Shown piece by piece: positions 17,090 through 26,734 of a stretch of 64,000 bases of DNA (positions within the stretch are counted from its first letter, which is position 1; each line of letters opens with the position of its first letter). The position numbers were made by a program, and so were the translations under genes. Location of the stretch: contig JBAZZB010000001.1 in NCBI GenBank assembly GCA_041659045.1, positions 262,111-326,110 of the forward strand. Reading direction: 5' to 3'. Source of the stretch: Patescibacteria group bacterium. GTDB taxonomy: Bacteria; Patescibacteriota; Patescibacteriia; SG8-24; DYFX01. Under the pieces are notes generated by a model. It was not told the DNA's origin. It did no database searches and was given only the letters and a program-made list of their open reading frames with translations.

Positions 17090-18523
17090 ATGTCCGTCGC
17101 CCGGAATACCGCCACGTTGCTTGTCGCTTCGATCCTGCAGAAGGTGATTGCCTTCGTGTATTTCGCGTTGATCGCGCGCTGGGCGGGGGTGGAGAATACG
17201 GGCACGTATTTTTTTGCGCTCTCGTGGACCTTGATGTTTTCGGTCATTACCGATCTTGGCCTCACATCCGTCTTGATCCGCGAGTCGGCTCGCGATCACG
17301 CGCGCGCGGAATCGATCATGAACCAGATTCTGACGCTCAAGGCACCGCTCATTTTCCTGGCGATGCTTTTGTCGGTTGTCGCGGCGTGGGTTTTGGGCAC
17401 GCGCGGCGAGGCGCTCATGATGGTTGCTTTCGGCGCGCTCGTCTTGGCACTCGACGGCGTCTCGCTCATGTTCTACGGCGTGCTGCGTGGGCACCACATG
17501 CTTTCCTACGAGGGAATTGGTCTCGTCATCGGCCAAACGATGACGCTCGTGATCGGCGGGTACGTTCTCAAAACGGGTGCTCCGCTTCAGATGCTCATGC
17601 TGGCACTCGTGGCTGGCAGCGCTTGGAACGCGTTCAATTCCTGGCGCGTCGTGCGGAAGAAGTTGAATCTTCGTCCTTGTTTTGTTTGGGACCGCGCTTT
17701 GGTCGGCACGATCGTACGCTCGGCGATCCCGTTTGCGCTGGCGGGCGTCTTCGTAAAAATCTACACCAACGCCGACGTCGTGCTGCTCACCAAGTTGGCA
17801 GGGGAGGAAGCGGCCGGCCTCTACAGCGTGCCGTACAAGCTCACGTTTGCCTTCCAGTTCATTCCGATGGCCTTCACAGCGGCATTGTATCCTGCGATGA
17901 GCCGTGCGTACGCAGAGGACAAAACACAGCTTGGTGACTTGCTTCACAAGGCACTCTGGTCGCTCTCCGTCATCGTGGCACCGCTCGTGGCCGGCATCGT
18001 GGCGCTCGGTCCCGAGATCGTGCACATGGTCTATGGCGCAGATTACGCTTCGTCGATTCTGCCGCTTCAGATTCTTGTCTTCACCTTGATCTTCGTCTTT
18101 CTTGATTTTCCGATCGGCTCACTTTTGAACGGCTCCGATCGCCAAGCGACGCAGACGAAACTCATGGGCGTCGCGACGTGCATTTCCGTGGCGCTGAACG
18201 TCGCTTTGATTCCGGTGTATGGCGTGATCGGCGTCGCGATCGCTTCGCTCGTGAGCCACTTCGTGCTGTTCACCGGCGGGCTCTGGGCGATTGGAAAGTT
18301 TCTCGACTGGCCGGCCGGCCATTTCTTGTGGCGTGCCGTCCGTATTGCCGCCGCAGCGGCAGCGATGTGTGTCGTTGTCGTACTTGCCAAGGGCTCTCTG
18401 CCACTTGTTGCTTCGATCGCGCTTGGTGCTATGGCGTACGTCGTGTTTTCTCTCCTGTTCCGCACGGTTGCCGTTACTGATGTGCGCGAGTTACTCGGAC
18501 GTGTTTTGAAACGCGCGGTATGA
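17090..18523 (+). CDS. wzx: polysaccharide biosynthesis protein / oligosaccharide flippase (Wzx, MOP superfamily)
   Basis: 477 aa, about 12-14 TM helices, typical N-terminal LLVASILQKVIAFVYFALIAR segment. Confidence 0.75.
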   Translation: MSVARNTATLLVASILQKVIAFVYFALIARWAGVENTGTYFFALSWTLMFSVITDLGLTSVLIRESARDHARAESIMNQILTLKAPLIFLAMLLSVVAAWVLGTRGEALMMVAFGALVLALDGVSLMFYGVLRGHHMLSYEGIGLVIGQTMTLVIGGYVLKTGAPLQMLMLALVAGSAWNAFNSWRVVRKKLNLRPCFVWDRALVGTIVRSAIPFALAGVFVKIYTNADVVLLTKLAGEEAAGLYSVPYKLTFAFQFIPMAFTAALYPAMSRAYAEDKTQLGDLLHKALWSLSVIVAPLVAGIVALGPEIVHMVYGADYASSILPLQILVFTLIFVFLDFPIGSLLNGSDRQATQTKLMGVATCISVALNVALIPVYGVIGVAIASLVSHFVLFTGGLWAIGKFLDWPAGHFLWRAVRIAAAAAAMCVVVVLAKGSLPLVASIALGAMAYVVFSLLFRTVAVTDVRELLGRVLKRAV

Positions 18524-19527
18524 AGACGCTTCTTGTCACCTACGAATACCCGCCCGATCACGGCGGCATCGCCAGTTATCTCGGCGGCCTCTTCGGCGCG
18601 ATGGAGGACGTCACGGTTTTGAAACTCAAACAACCAACCGCGCCTCTTGCTTGGCTTTTGGATCTTCCAAAAATATTTCGTGCGTCGCGCAAGGCTGATG
18701 TCATTGTTATTTCGCATCTCTTACCGCTTGGCACCTCTGCCATGGTGCTCGGCAAGCCGTATGTCGTGATCGTTCACGGGCTTGATCTGCGTCTCGCGCG
18801 CAGCAAAAAAATGCTGGCGTCTCGCGTGTTGAAAAATGCGAAATGTGTCGTAGCGAATAGTCTCTCAACCGCCAAGGCTCTTCCAGAGTTTGGTGTCAAA
18901 ACGGAAAACGCTTTGGTGCTGACACCAGCCATCGATGCGTCGTGGGACGCCTACGCTTCAAAATCACAGACGCAAGGTCTGCAAAAGACTGTGCTCGCGG
19001 TGGGGCGTTTTGTTCCGCGCAAAGGGTTCGATCGATTGATCCGGATGTTGCCGAAGCTGCGTGAAGCGTGTGGTGACGTAATGCTTCTTTTGGCCGGCTC
19101 TGGGCAAGAAGAGGAGAGGCTTCGCGCCCAATCGGAGAAGCTCGGCATGGCTTCGCACGTAAAGTTCATTATCGCGCCCGATCAAGCAACTCTGGCCGCG
19201 CAGTATTGGGTCTGTGACGCCTTTGCACTTCCGGCCCGCGATTCGAAAGACGACGTGGAAGGCTTTGGAATCGTTTTCCTGGAGGCCTCGCTCTTCGGTA
19301 AGCCGATTGTCGCTATGCGCACGGGCGGCACGCCTGAGGCCGTCCAAGACGGTGTGACGGGGCTTTTGGCTGACCCTTTGTCCGAGCAAGACTTTTTGGA
19401 TAAGCTGACTCAGGTTCTGAACGAACCGGAAACCGCCGAACGGCTTGGTATGGCCGGACGTGCGCGTGTACTCCGCGATTTTCAGTGGAAGGATCGCGCT
19501 GAAGCGTTGAAGAAGAAGTTGTCATGA
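18520..19527 (+). CDS. glycosyltransferase family 4 (GT-B, GT1-like)
   Basis: EGFGIVFLEASLFGKPIVAMRTGGTPEAV motif; ATGA overlap with wzx. Confidence 0.8.
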   Translation: MKTLLVTYEYPPDHGGIASYLGGLFGAMEDVTVLKLKQPTAPLAWLLDLPKIFRASRKADVIVISHLLPLGTSAMVLGKPYVVIVHGLDLRLARSKKMLASRVLKNAKCVVANSLSTAKALPEFGVKTENALVLTPAIDASWDAYASKSQTQGLQKTVLAVGRFVPRKGFDRLIRMLPKLREACGDVMLLLAGSGQEEERLRAQSEKLGMASHVKFIIAPDQATLAAQYWVCDAFALPARDSKDDVEGFGIVFLEASLFGKPIVAMRTGGTPEAVQDGVTGLLADPLSEQDFLDKLTQVLNEPETAERLGMAGRARVLRDFQWKDRAEALKKKLS

Positions 19528-20231
19528 AAAAAATCTCCGTCATCATTCCGTGCTACAACCACGCCGCGACGATCGAACGTTGTTTGGAAAGTATTTTTGC
19601 GCAATCGCTCGCGCCATCCGAAGTTATTGTCGTCGACGACGGCTCGACTGACGCGCTTGATGCTGCGCTCATGCCGTTTCTTGGCAGGGTCAAATTGGTG
19701 CGTCAGGCGAATGGTGGTGGCCCTGCGGCAAGAAATCGAGGTTTCCGTGAATCGACGGGCGAGCTCGTCATGTTCTGCGACGCCGACGCCTTTCTTCGCC
19801 CCGACGCGCTTGAAAAGCTATTGTTCGCGCTCGAAGCATACCCCGATGCGGCCTATGCCTACGCCTCATTCAGGTTCGGTTGGAAAAAATTTCCACTCGG
19901 CCCGTTTGATCCGGAGCGACTCAAAAAACACAACTACATTCATACAGGCTCGCTGATCCGTCGTGAAAAATTCCCTGGGTTCGACGAAACGCTCAAGCGC
20001 TTCCAGGACTGGGATCTTTGGCTTACGATGCTCGAAAGGGGAGACGTCGGCGTCTGGGTGCCGGAACTTCTGGTGCACGTGCACGTGTCTTCCAAGCGTG
20101 GTGGCATCTCTACCTGGCTGCCGAAGCTCATGTACCGCCTTCCGTGGAATCTCCTTGGGTGGAAGCCCAAACGCGTCGCTGAGTATGAAACAGCCGCCGC
20201 TATTATCCGCAAAAAACACCGACTTGCATGA
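19524..20231 (+). CDS. glycosyltransferase family 2
   Basis: SVIIPCYNHA...VIVVDDGSTD...CDADA motifs; ATGA overlap. Confidence 0.8.
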   Translation: MKKISVIIPCYNHAATIERCLESIFAQSLAPSEVIVVDDGSTDALDAALMPFLGRVKLVRQANGGGPAARNRGFRESTGELVMFCDADAFLRPDALEKLLFALEAYPDAAYAYASFRFGWKKFPLGPFDPERLKKHNYIHTGSLIRREKFPGFDETLKRFQDWDLWLTMLERGDVGVWVPELLVHVHVSSKRGGISTWLPKLMYRLPWNLLGWKPKRVAEYETAAAIIRKKHRLA

Positions 20232-21115
20232 GCCGCGCTCCCGACCTCTCGATCATCACCGTCAACTGGAAAGTCGCCGATCTCGTCGGCGAACTATTGG
20301 GTTCCATTGACGCGAACAAAGAAAATCTCGCTCTTGAAATTTTTGTCGTCGATAACGATTCAAACGATGGTATCGAAAACGTCGTCGCGGCCTTTAAAAA
20401 CCGTTCAGGCATTCCGATCACGCTGATCAAAAACGACAAGAACCTTGGTTTTGCCGCGGCAAACAATATCGCGATTCGTCGCGCTTCCGGCCGGCACGTG
20501 GCGCTTATCAACCCGGACGCTCGCTCGACACGGGGTGCTCTGGGTAAAATGATCGTCTGGATGGACGAACATCCGAACGTCGGTGTGGCCGGAACGAAAC
20601 TCTTGAACGACGACGGCTCGATTCAAGAATCCGTCCGTCGCTTTCCAGGTCTCCTCGATCAAGCGATGATCCTGCTCAAACTCCAACACCTCTGGCCGAA
20701 GGCGTTTCCGTTTCGGAAGTACTTGATGAAGGGTTTTGACTACGCGAAGGAGCAGGATGTTGATCAAGTCATGGGCGCGGCATTTTTCGTGCGCCGCGAA
20801 ACGTTCAAAAAAATCGGATTGCTCGATGAAGCTTTTTTCATCTGGTTCGAAGAAGTCGATTTCTGCAAGCGTGTGAAGGATGCCGGGCTTCGCGTGGTCT
20901 ATGCGCCGTCCGCTTCGTTCATCCATCGTAGAGGTGCGAGTTTCGCCAAGGCGATGACGTTCAAGAAGCAGAAATACTTCACGAACAGCATGCGGATCTA
21001 CTTTGCGAAGCATCGCGGACTTTGGACGACGCCTCTACTGGCCCTACCAATGTGTTTCGGCCTTCTTTCAGCCGCTCTCTTTTCCATATGGACATCCGTT
21101 TTCCCGAAGCGGTAA
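20228..21115 (+). CDS. glycosyltransferase family 2 (rhamnosyltransferase-like)
   Basis: LSIITVNWK...VVDNDSNDG...GAAFFVRRETF GT2 motifs; ATGA overlap. Confidence 0.8.
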   Translation: MSRAPDLSIITVNWKVADLVGELLGSIDANKENLALEIFVVDNDSNDGIENVVAAFKNRSGIPITLIKNDKNLGFAAANNIAIRRASGRHVALINPDARSTRGALGKMIVWMDEHPNVGVAGTKLLNDDGSIQESVRRFPGLLDQAMILLKLQHLWPKAFPFRKYLMKGFDYAKEQDVDQVMGAAFFVRRETFKKIGLLDEAFFIWFEEVDFCKRVKDAGLRVVYAPSASFIHRRGASFAKAMTFKKQKYFTNSMRIYFAKHRGLWTTPLLALPMCFGLLSAALFSIWTSVFPKR

Positions 21116-22614
21116 CCCGGCGCTTGCCGCTCTTCGTGTTTTTCTTTTGCGCGGCGCTCGAAGCGCTCTCGTATTGGGGTTGGCACGCGCCGGAGATTCG
21201 CGTCTCCGTGCTCGCGATGCTCGCGATCGGTGCGGTGGTTCTTGCGTTTCTCGACCTGCGTTGGCTCTTCGCGCTGGTTCTTGTTGAAATGGTGATTGGC
21301 AGTCACGGGCGCCTATTCTTCGGAGAGCTTGGTGGCTTCTCGCTATCGCTTCGCATGGCCCTCTTTGCAATTTTGGTTCTTGGGTGGCTGGCGCACGCGG
21401 CGCGTGGTTGTGCTCGCATTCTACACTTCCGCCACGCGCACGTGACGGCTCCTCTGCTTCTCCTCATTATTGCTATTACGTTTTCCGTTCTGCGCGGCTT
21501 GTCGAAGGGGGCCTCTTTCGGCGAAATCTTTAGCGACGCCAACGGCTACGCCTTCATGTTGCTCGTCCCAATCGGCCTCGACCTCTTCGCCGACCGCCAA
21601 GCGTTTGCTTGGCTCCTACGCGCACTCTCCGGCGCCGTCGCCTGGCTCTGCGTGAAAAGCCTGCTCCTGCTCTATTTCTTCTCTCATAACTTCGATGGCG
21701 CATGGCTGCGCGACGTGTTTCTCTGGCAGCGCCGGTTCGGCCTCACCGAGATCACGCATCTTTCGGGTGGTGCGGTGCGCGTTTTCGCTTCTTCCGACGT
21801 TCTGCTTTTGCCCGCGCTTTTCTTGGGGGCGCTGCTTGCTTGGGAGTACCGAAAGCGTTCCGCACTTCTCTGGACAGCGCTCGTGGCGGCGGCTTTTCTG
21901 CTCTCAATGTCACGCAGTTTCTGGTTGGGCGCGCTCGTCGCCGCGACCTTCATGTTGCCGGTTTTTGTGCGTTTCGAAATTGTCCCGTTTGCGAAACTTG
22001 GACGTCTTTTTACAGTGACGCTCGCCTCGGTCGCTCTTGGCGCGCTTCTTCTCGGCGCGACCGTACTCTTTCCACTGCCGAAACCGGTACAGAACGCCGA
22101 TGCCTGGAGCGCGTATGGTGGACGCGTACTGAACGCTTCCGACGCGGCTGTTTCGAGTCGTTGGAATATGATTGGGCCGCTGCATGACGGCATTTCTTCT
22201 TCACCAATTCTCGGCAGCGGTTTCGGCGCGCAGATCACGTATCAATCCGACGATCCGCGCATGCACGACCTCTATCCCGGCGGCAAAGTCACGACGTCCG
22301 GTATTGAGTGGCAGTATCTTGAGATCTGGTTGAAAATGGGTGTACTCGGACTCATCGCCGTCATCTGGCTTTGGTGGCGCACCGGACTTTTCTTTTGGAA
22401 AACACTCGAGACGGCCCAGGGTTCGGACCGTCTCGTTGCTGCGGGCTTTATGTTGTCGTTCCTCGCTTTCGTCGTCGCAAATATCTTCACCCCGTATCTC
22501 AATCATCCGCTCGGCTGGGGTTTCCTAACGATCATTATTGTTGGTCTGCACGCGGCGCAGGAGCACGAAGTACCCGGACATCACGAGCGCCCTAGGCCAG
22601 TGTCGCTCCGATAA
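21088..22614 (+). CDS. O-antigen ligase/polymerase-like membrane protein (Wzy_C domain)
   Basis: multi-TM; SMSRSFWLGALVAATFML Wzy_C-type segment with large periplasmic loop; start at MDIRFPEA (28-nt overlap with upstream GT2); ORF-track upstream extension rejected. Confidence 0.65.
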   Translation: MDIRFPEAVTRRLPLFVFFFCAALEALSYWGWHAPEIRVSVLAMLAIGAVVLAFLDLRWLFALVLVEMVIGSHGRLFFGELGGFSLSLRMALFAILVLGWLAHAARGCARILHFRHAHVTAPLLLLIIAITFSVLRGLSKGASFGEIFSDANGYAFMLLVPIGLDLFADRQAFAWLLRALSGAVAWLCVKSLLLLYFFSHNFDGAWLRDVFLWQRRFGLTEITHLSGGAVRVFASSDVLLLPALFLGALLAWEYRKRSALLWTALVAAAFLLSMSRSFWLGALVAATFMLPVFVRFEIVPFAKLGRLFTVTLASVALGALLLGATVLFPLPKPVQNADAWSAYGGRVLNASDAAVSSRWNMIGPLHDGISSSPILGSGFGAQITYQSDDPRMHDLYPGGKVTTSGIEWQYLEIWLKMGVLGLIAVIWLWWRTGLFFWKTLETAQGSDRLVAAGFMLSFLAFVVANIFTPYLNHPLGWGFLTIIIVGLHAAQEHEVPGHHERPRPVSLR

Positions 22615-23563
22615 AATCAGGATAGCCGTTTAAGAAGGCTTTTGCATCCGTCTCGTTTTTTCCTTCAAGTTGCACTGTTTTCAAAATCAAGGAGCCGGTG
22701 CCGCAATTGATCGCGAGCGTGCCGTCCGCAAGTTTGCAGGCGAGAGACGTTTTTCCGCTGGCGTCGCACGGCGCCGTCGGGTGGAGTACGGACGCTTTTT
22801 TGATCGTCAGTTTTTGCGCTTTGTCGCCACGCGTCCAAAAAGTGAAAGCTTCCGGCCACGGCTGCATGGCGCGAACAAAGCGTTCGAGCTCTGTCGCCGA
22901 CTTTGTCCAATCGATACGGCCGTCTTCGCGTGAAAGAATGCCGCTGTAGCTGGCTTTGGCGTTGTCTTGTGCTTGAGGCGTGAGCGAACCAGCAAAATAC
23001 GCGTCGAGCGTCGGTACGATGATGTCCGCTCCCAGATGAGAAAGTTTGTGGGTCAAGGTCGCCGTGGTGTCTTCTTCCGAAATCGCTAGGCGCGCGTAGT
23101 CCAAAATCGGTCCTTCATCCATTTTTTCGTTCATGATCATGACCGTCACGCCGGTTTCCGCGTCGCCCGCCTTGATGGCGGCTGAAATCGGCGAGGCACC
23201 GCGATAGGTGGGCAAAAGAGAGGCATGGACGTTGATGCCGCCGAAGCGCGGAAGATCCAAAAGTTTTTTCGGAAGGATCTTTCCGTACGAAACGACAACG
23301 TAGGCGTCGGCGCCGAGTGATTCAAAATGCGAGAGCACTTCGTGCCCGCGCACGGACTCAGGCTGTACGACGGTGAGCCCGAGGGCGAGCGCCGCGCGTT
23401 TGACGGCTGGTGCGGTCAGTACATGTTTTCGGCCGACGGGACGGTCGGGCTGCGTCACGACTTGGAGGATGGAAAAATCTTTTTCCGTTTGAAGGCGTTG
23501 TAAAACAGGAACAGCGAAATCCGAAGTGCCGAAGAAAACAATTTTGTAAGGTTTCTGCGACAT
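22592..23563 (-). CDS. fmt: methionyl-tRNA formyltransferase
   Basis: IVFFGTSDFAVPVL, HASLLPTYRGASPI motifs. Confidence 0.9.
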   Translation of the reverse strand: MSQKPYKIVFFGTSDFAVPVLQRLQTEKDFSILQVVTQPDRPVGRKHVLTAPAVKRAALALGLTVVQPESVRGHEVLSHFESLGADAYVVVSYGKILPKKLLDLPRFGGINVHASLLPTYRGASPISAAIKAGDAETGVTVMIMNEKMDEGPILDYARLAISEEDTTATLTHKLSHLGADIIVPTLDAYFAGSLTPQAQDNAKASYSGILSREDGRIDWTKSATELERFVRAMQPWPEAFTFWTRGDKAQKLTIKKASVLHPTAPCDASGKTSLACKLADGTLAINCGTGSLILKTVQLEGKNETDAKAFLNGYPDFIGATLA

Positions 23564-23574
23564 CGGGTGGGGGA

Positions 23575-24048
23575 TTATAATTGAACCTCGTGAATTTCTT
23601 TGGCGCGATCGACGAACAGGACGCCGTCGAGATGGTCGAGCTCGTGTTGCAGCACGCGGGCAAAGAATCCGCTGGCGTCATGCGTGACCGGCTTGCCGTC
23701 GCGGTCGAGACCTTTCAAGGCAAAAGCTCGGTGCCGGCGAACGATGCCCCATTTGCCAGGAACCGACAAGCAGCCTTCTTCGCCGTCTTCCATACGCCAC
23801 GATTTGCGTACCATGACGGGGTTGATGACGATGTAGGGCTTCTTGCCGTCGACCGCCACGAAGACGCGAACCCACCGCCCGACTTGCGGGGCGGCGATTC
23901 CGACGCCATCGGCCTTCCACATGGTCTCAACGAGGTCGTCGAGCCACTTCTGGAATTCCGGGGTCTTAATGATGGTGGGGTCGACCTCTGTCGAGCGAGT
24001 CCGCAGCTGCGGGTTCGGCAGGGTCACGATTGGCAAAAACATGCGCAA
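23575..24048 (-). CDS. def: peptide deformylase
   Basis: GVGIAAPQVG, EGCLSVPG, HELDHLDG motifs. Confidence 0.9.
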   Translation of the reverse strand: MRMFLPIVTLPNPQLRTRSTEVDPTIIKTPEFQKWLDDLVETMWKADGVGIAAPQVGRWVRVFVAVDGKKPYIVINPVMVRKSWRMEDGEEGCLSVPGKWGIVRRHRAFALKGLDRDGKPVTHDASGFFARVLQHELDHLDGVLFVDRAKEIHEVQL

Positions 24049-24051
24049 AGT

Positions 24052-24447
24052 TTAGCGAAAAAAGCGGGTCATGTCAAGCTGCTTGTCCTTCGGCTTTTTA
24101 CCTTTTTTCTTGGCTGCCGGTTTGGCGTTTTCAGACTTCGAAAGCCACATGAAGAATTTGCGGGGATTACGCACGTTCACGTCCTCGGTTTTGAGTGAGG
24201 AAAAAGCGGTGCGTGCCTGCGGAACGCCCAAACGCCTGATGACGGCCAGGTAGGCGCCAAACTTTTTCCGCTCTCCAAAATAGGCGCTGATCTCGGCGGC
24301 CAGGGCATGCGCGTCGCTGTGGATGTAGCGCTCTTTTTTTGCTTCGACGATTTCAATGCCGGGCAAATGCTCGTTCTTTTTCTCACTCTTTTTTGCCGGT
24401 TGGGTGACCCTGCGACGGATCACGCCTCCGATGCCTTCCATGCTCAT
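24052..24447 (-). CDS. hypothetical protein with Lys-rich C-terminus (about 131 aa)
   Basis: ATGA overlap with upstream LigB-like gene; start at MSMEG internal ATG of ORF 24052..24570. Confidence 0.5.
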   Translation of the reverse strand: MSMEGIGGVIRRRVTQPAKKSEKKNEHLPGIEIVEAKKERYIHSDAHALAAEISAYFGERKKFGAYLAVIRRLGVPQARTAFSSLKTEDVNVRNPRKFFMWLSKSENAKPAAKKKGKKPKDKQLDMTRFFR

Positions 24448-25238
24448 GAGAGGAGATAATGCGCGACCAGAGAGCCGATGCCGAATGGGCTCTCGTAGCT
24501 CAGGATCTCCGGTGTGGCGTCGATGGTGTCCAAGATGCCCGCCAAGATCGTCAGCGACGGCAAGGCACACTGAGCAGCCTTCTCCGCGAGCTGTGGTTCG
24601 AACGTCACGAAAGCCGAAGGCTTCTTCTCTTGGAGGAGTGTCAGAATTTTCTCATCAAACTTCCTGCCGAACGGCGAGTAACCGGCTGGAGAGGTGCGCG
24701 TGAGTCGATGCGAAAGATCGATGGAGCAGACAATAGCTACCCGGCGATCGGTATGCATCAAAACTTCTTGAAGCGCTTGGCCTAATTCAAAATGCGCTTT
24801 CGGTGGCAGAAGCGATGGAGAGATCGGTAAAATTGTGACGGGGTTGATCTTGGCGGCGAGATAGGTGAGAGGCACAACGATGCCGTAATCGAGATCGACA
24901 TCAGAGCGCAGCATAAACGGCACGTCACGGTCCTCAAGGTGTTCTTTGACTGCGCTCGTCAGCCGCATGTCCGAACGAAACTCCATCGGGATTTCAAAAA
25001 TTCCGAACTCCTTGAGATTGGGAACGTAACGCTCGCGCACCTCCATGGTGAAGTGATCCTCTTCAACGCGACCGTGCGGAGAAATCACGACGATCACATC
25101 TGGCTTGGACGCGATCAGTTCCTGCTCCAAACGATGAAGCGCGGTGATCGTCTTTTTAAGTTTTTTGAGATGCTCCTTGCCAACCGACGGCAAGAGTACC
25201 GGCGAGTGGGGGGCGATCGAGGCGAAAACGAGCGCCAT
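24444..25238 (-). CDS. LigB/Memo-like (class III extradiol dioxygenase subunit B-like) family protein
   Basis: MALVFASIAPHSPV...VIVVISPHG...VCSIDLSHR pattern resembling LigB/Memo folds; start chosen at MALVF, 1 nt after upstream stop. Confidence 0.5.
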   Translation of the reverse strand: MALVFASIAPHSPVLLPSVGKEHLKKLKKTITALHRLEQELIASKPDVIVVISPHGRVEEDHFTMEVRERYVPNLKEFGIFEIPMEFRSDMRLTSAVKEHLEDRDVPFMLRSDVDLDYGIVVPLTYLAAKINPVTILPISPSLLPPKAHFELGQALQEVLMHTDRRVAIVCSIDLSHRLTRTSPAGYSPFGRKFDEKILTLLQEKKPSAFVTFEPQLAEKAAQCALPSLTILAGILDTIDATPEILSYESPFGIGSLVAHYLLS

Positions 25239-25239
25239 A

Positions 25240-26646
25240 TTATCGTGCCAGGGCTGTCTGCGCCGACGAAGCTGTGGGCGGAAGGCCGGTAACGGGCTGT
25301 CCGATCGGGTGGAGCACCATGACCGACTCCGTTGTCCAAATGATGCGCTTCCAGGAATAGCCAAGCTGCTCGAAGGCTTCACCCGAAGTGATCGGACGGC
25401 GCTGGCCGTTTGAAACGACGTAGACGGCTTTGTTCGAACCGACACTCGTGATCAAATCGCCATCCTTGAATTTCAGAGGCTCGGCGGTTTCATATTTCTC
25501 GAGTGTCTCCGGTGAAACGACAGAAATTTTCTTGGAAGGGTAGTCTGCCTTCATGATCGAGGCGTCGATGATCGGTTTTTTCTTGCCGTCTTCCACAAAG
25601 TAGACGCCGCCGGTTTTTTTGTTCTGAAGAAGCGCACCTGTCGGATAGGCGCTCTTGAGCGTGATCGCGTCGCCGTCGGCGTACGGTTCTAAATCCAACG
25701 CGTCCACGTCGTCGATCTCTTCAGGGTTGAAACCGATCGCGCGGAAAACTTGCATCGATTCGATCGGACGCTTCTTGTCGCCGGAAAGAAGATAGACCGT
25801 TCCGGTGTCGGGATTGCGGACGAGCGAGTAATCGGCGAAGGCAATATCAGCACCGCTTTCGAGGCCGGAGAGTACGGTATCGGAAACCGGGATAACCTTA
25901 TTCTTGTCGACGCGCGTGTAGAGCGCACTCTTGCTTGCGAACTTGCGTTTCAAGCCGCCTTGAATCAGGTAGACCGTGCCGTCCGATGCGGAAAGTGCTG
26001 AGCCGTCCGGATACCCCATCGAGAACCAGCGATCCCAAATACGACGCAGCAAGCTGTTGCCGTGAAGATGCGGATTATAGGTGTAGACGATTGCAGTTGC
26101 CGTGTTCGCCGGCGTCAGTGGTTGGCTGTCGATCGTGGTCGCGCGGCCAGGAAAAAAACCAAACGTACGTCGGCTACCGCAGCGATCGGTTGAATCGCGG
26201 TAGAAGCATTCGACGAAAGCGGCGGCGTTGATGATTTGCGAAGTAAAGCCACGGGCAGGGTGTGAGGTGTCGCAGGTTGAGCCATCAGGTCGTCCGTACC
26301 CGGCCGCCCAGTCGATCTGGCACTTGCTCGGGTTCTTGTCATCAACGAGGCTCTGCTCCTTCTGAATGAGTGCGAGAAGGAATTTCGGGTTCACGCCCAT
26401 CGACTTTCCGTAGTAGTCGATAATGTCGCCTGGCTTCTTCATGGAACCGTCGAGATCCATGAAAGTCATCTTGGCGAGGGCACCGCCACGGGATTCCAAA
26501 AACTGCTGCGAAAAACCGGCCGGTACATTCGTGTCCGTCAGGTCGTCGTCGGAGAGAATATAGGCCGGATTCACCTCGGCGGCACGCGTAGGAATCGCGG
26601 GTGCCAGGAGCAAAAACGACAGGAAAATCAAGAGAAATTTCTTCAT
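25240..26646 (-). CDS. secreted protein with four tandem ~45-aa GxVYxx..GxKRPI..F..GF/Y repeats
   Basis: signal peptide MKKFLLIFLSFLLLAPAIPTRA; repeats DGTVYLIQGGLKRKF / TGTVYLLSGDKKRPI / TGGVYFVEDGKKKPI / NKAVYVVSNGQRRPI. Confidence 0.65.
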   Translation of the reverse strand: MKKFLLIFLSFLLLAPAIPTRAAEVNPAYILSDDDLTDTNVPAGFSQQFLESRGGALAKMTFMDLDGSMKKPGDIIDYYGKSMGVNPKFLLALIQKEQSLVDDKNPSKCQIDWAAGYGRPDGSTCDTSHPARGFTSQIINAAAFVECFYRDSTDRCGSRRTFGFFPGRATTIDSQPLTPANTATAIVYTYNPHLHGNSLLRRIWDRWFSMGYPDGSALSASDGTVYLIQGGLKRKFASKSALYTRVDKNKVIPVSDTVLSGLESGADIAFADYSLVRNPDTGTVYLLSGDKKRPIESMQVFRAIGFNPEEIDDVDALDLEPYADGDAITLKSAYPTGALLQNKKTGGVYFVEDGKKKPIIDASIMKADYPSKKISVVSPETLEKYETAEPLKFKDGDLITSVGSNKAVYVVSNGQRRPITSGEAFEQLGYSWKRIIWTTESVMVLHPIGQPVTGLPPTASSAQTALAR

Positions 26647-26680
26647 ACAGTGACACAATTCTACCACGTGCGGCACCCCG

Positions 26681-26709
26681 TTGACAATCGGGGAAAAACG
26701 AGCTAGCGT
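26681..26709 (+). promoter_or_regulatory. sigma70-type promoter
   Basis: TTGACA-N17-TAGCGT, about 25 nt upstream of ATG at 26735. Confidence 0.55.
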
Positions 26710-26734
26710 GCGTGCAGATCACAAGGAGATCACC

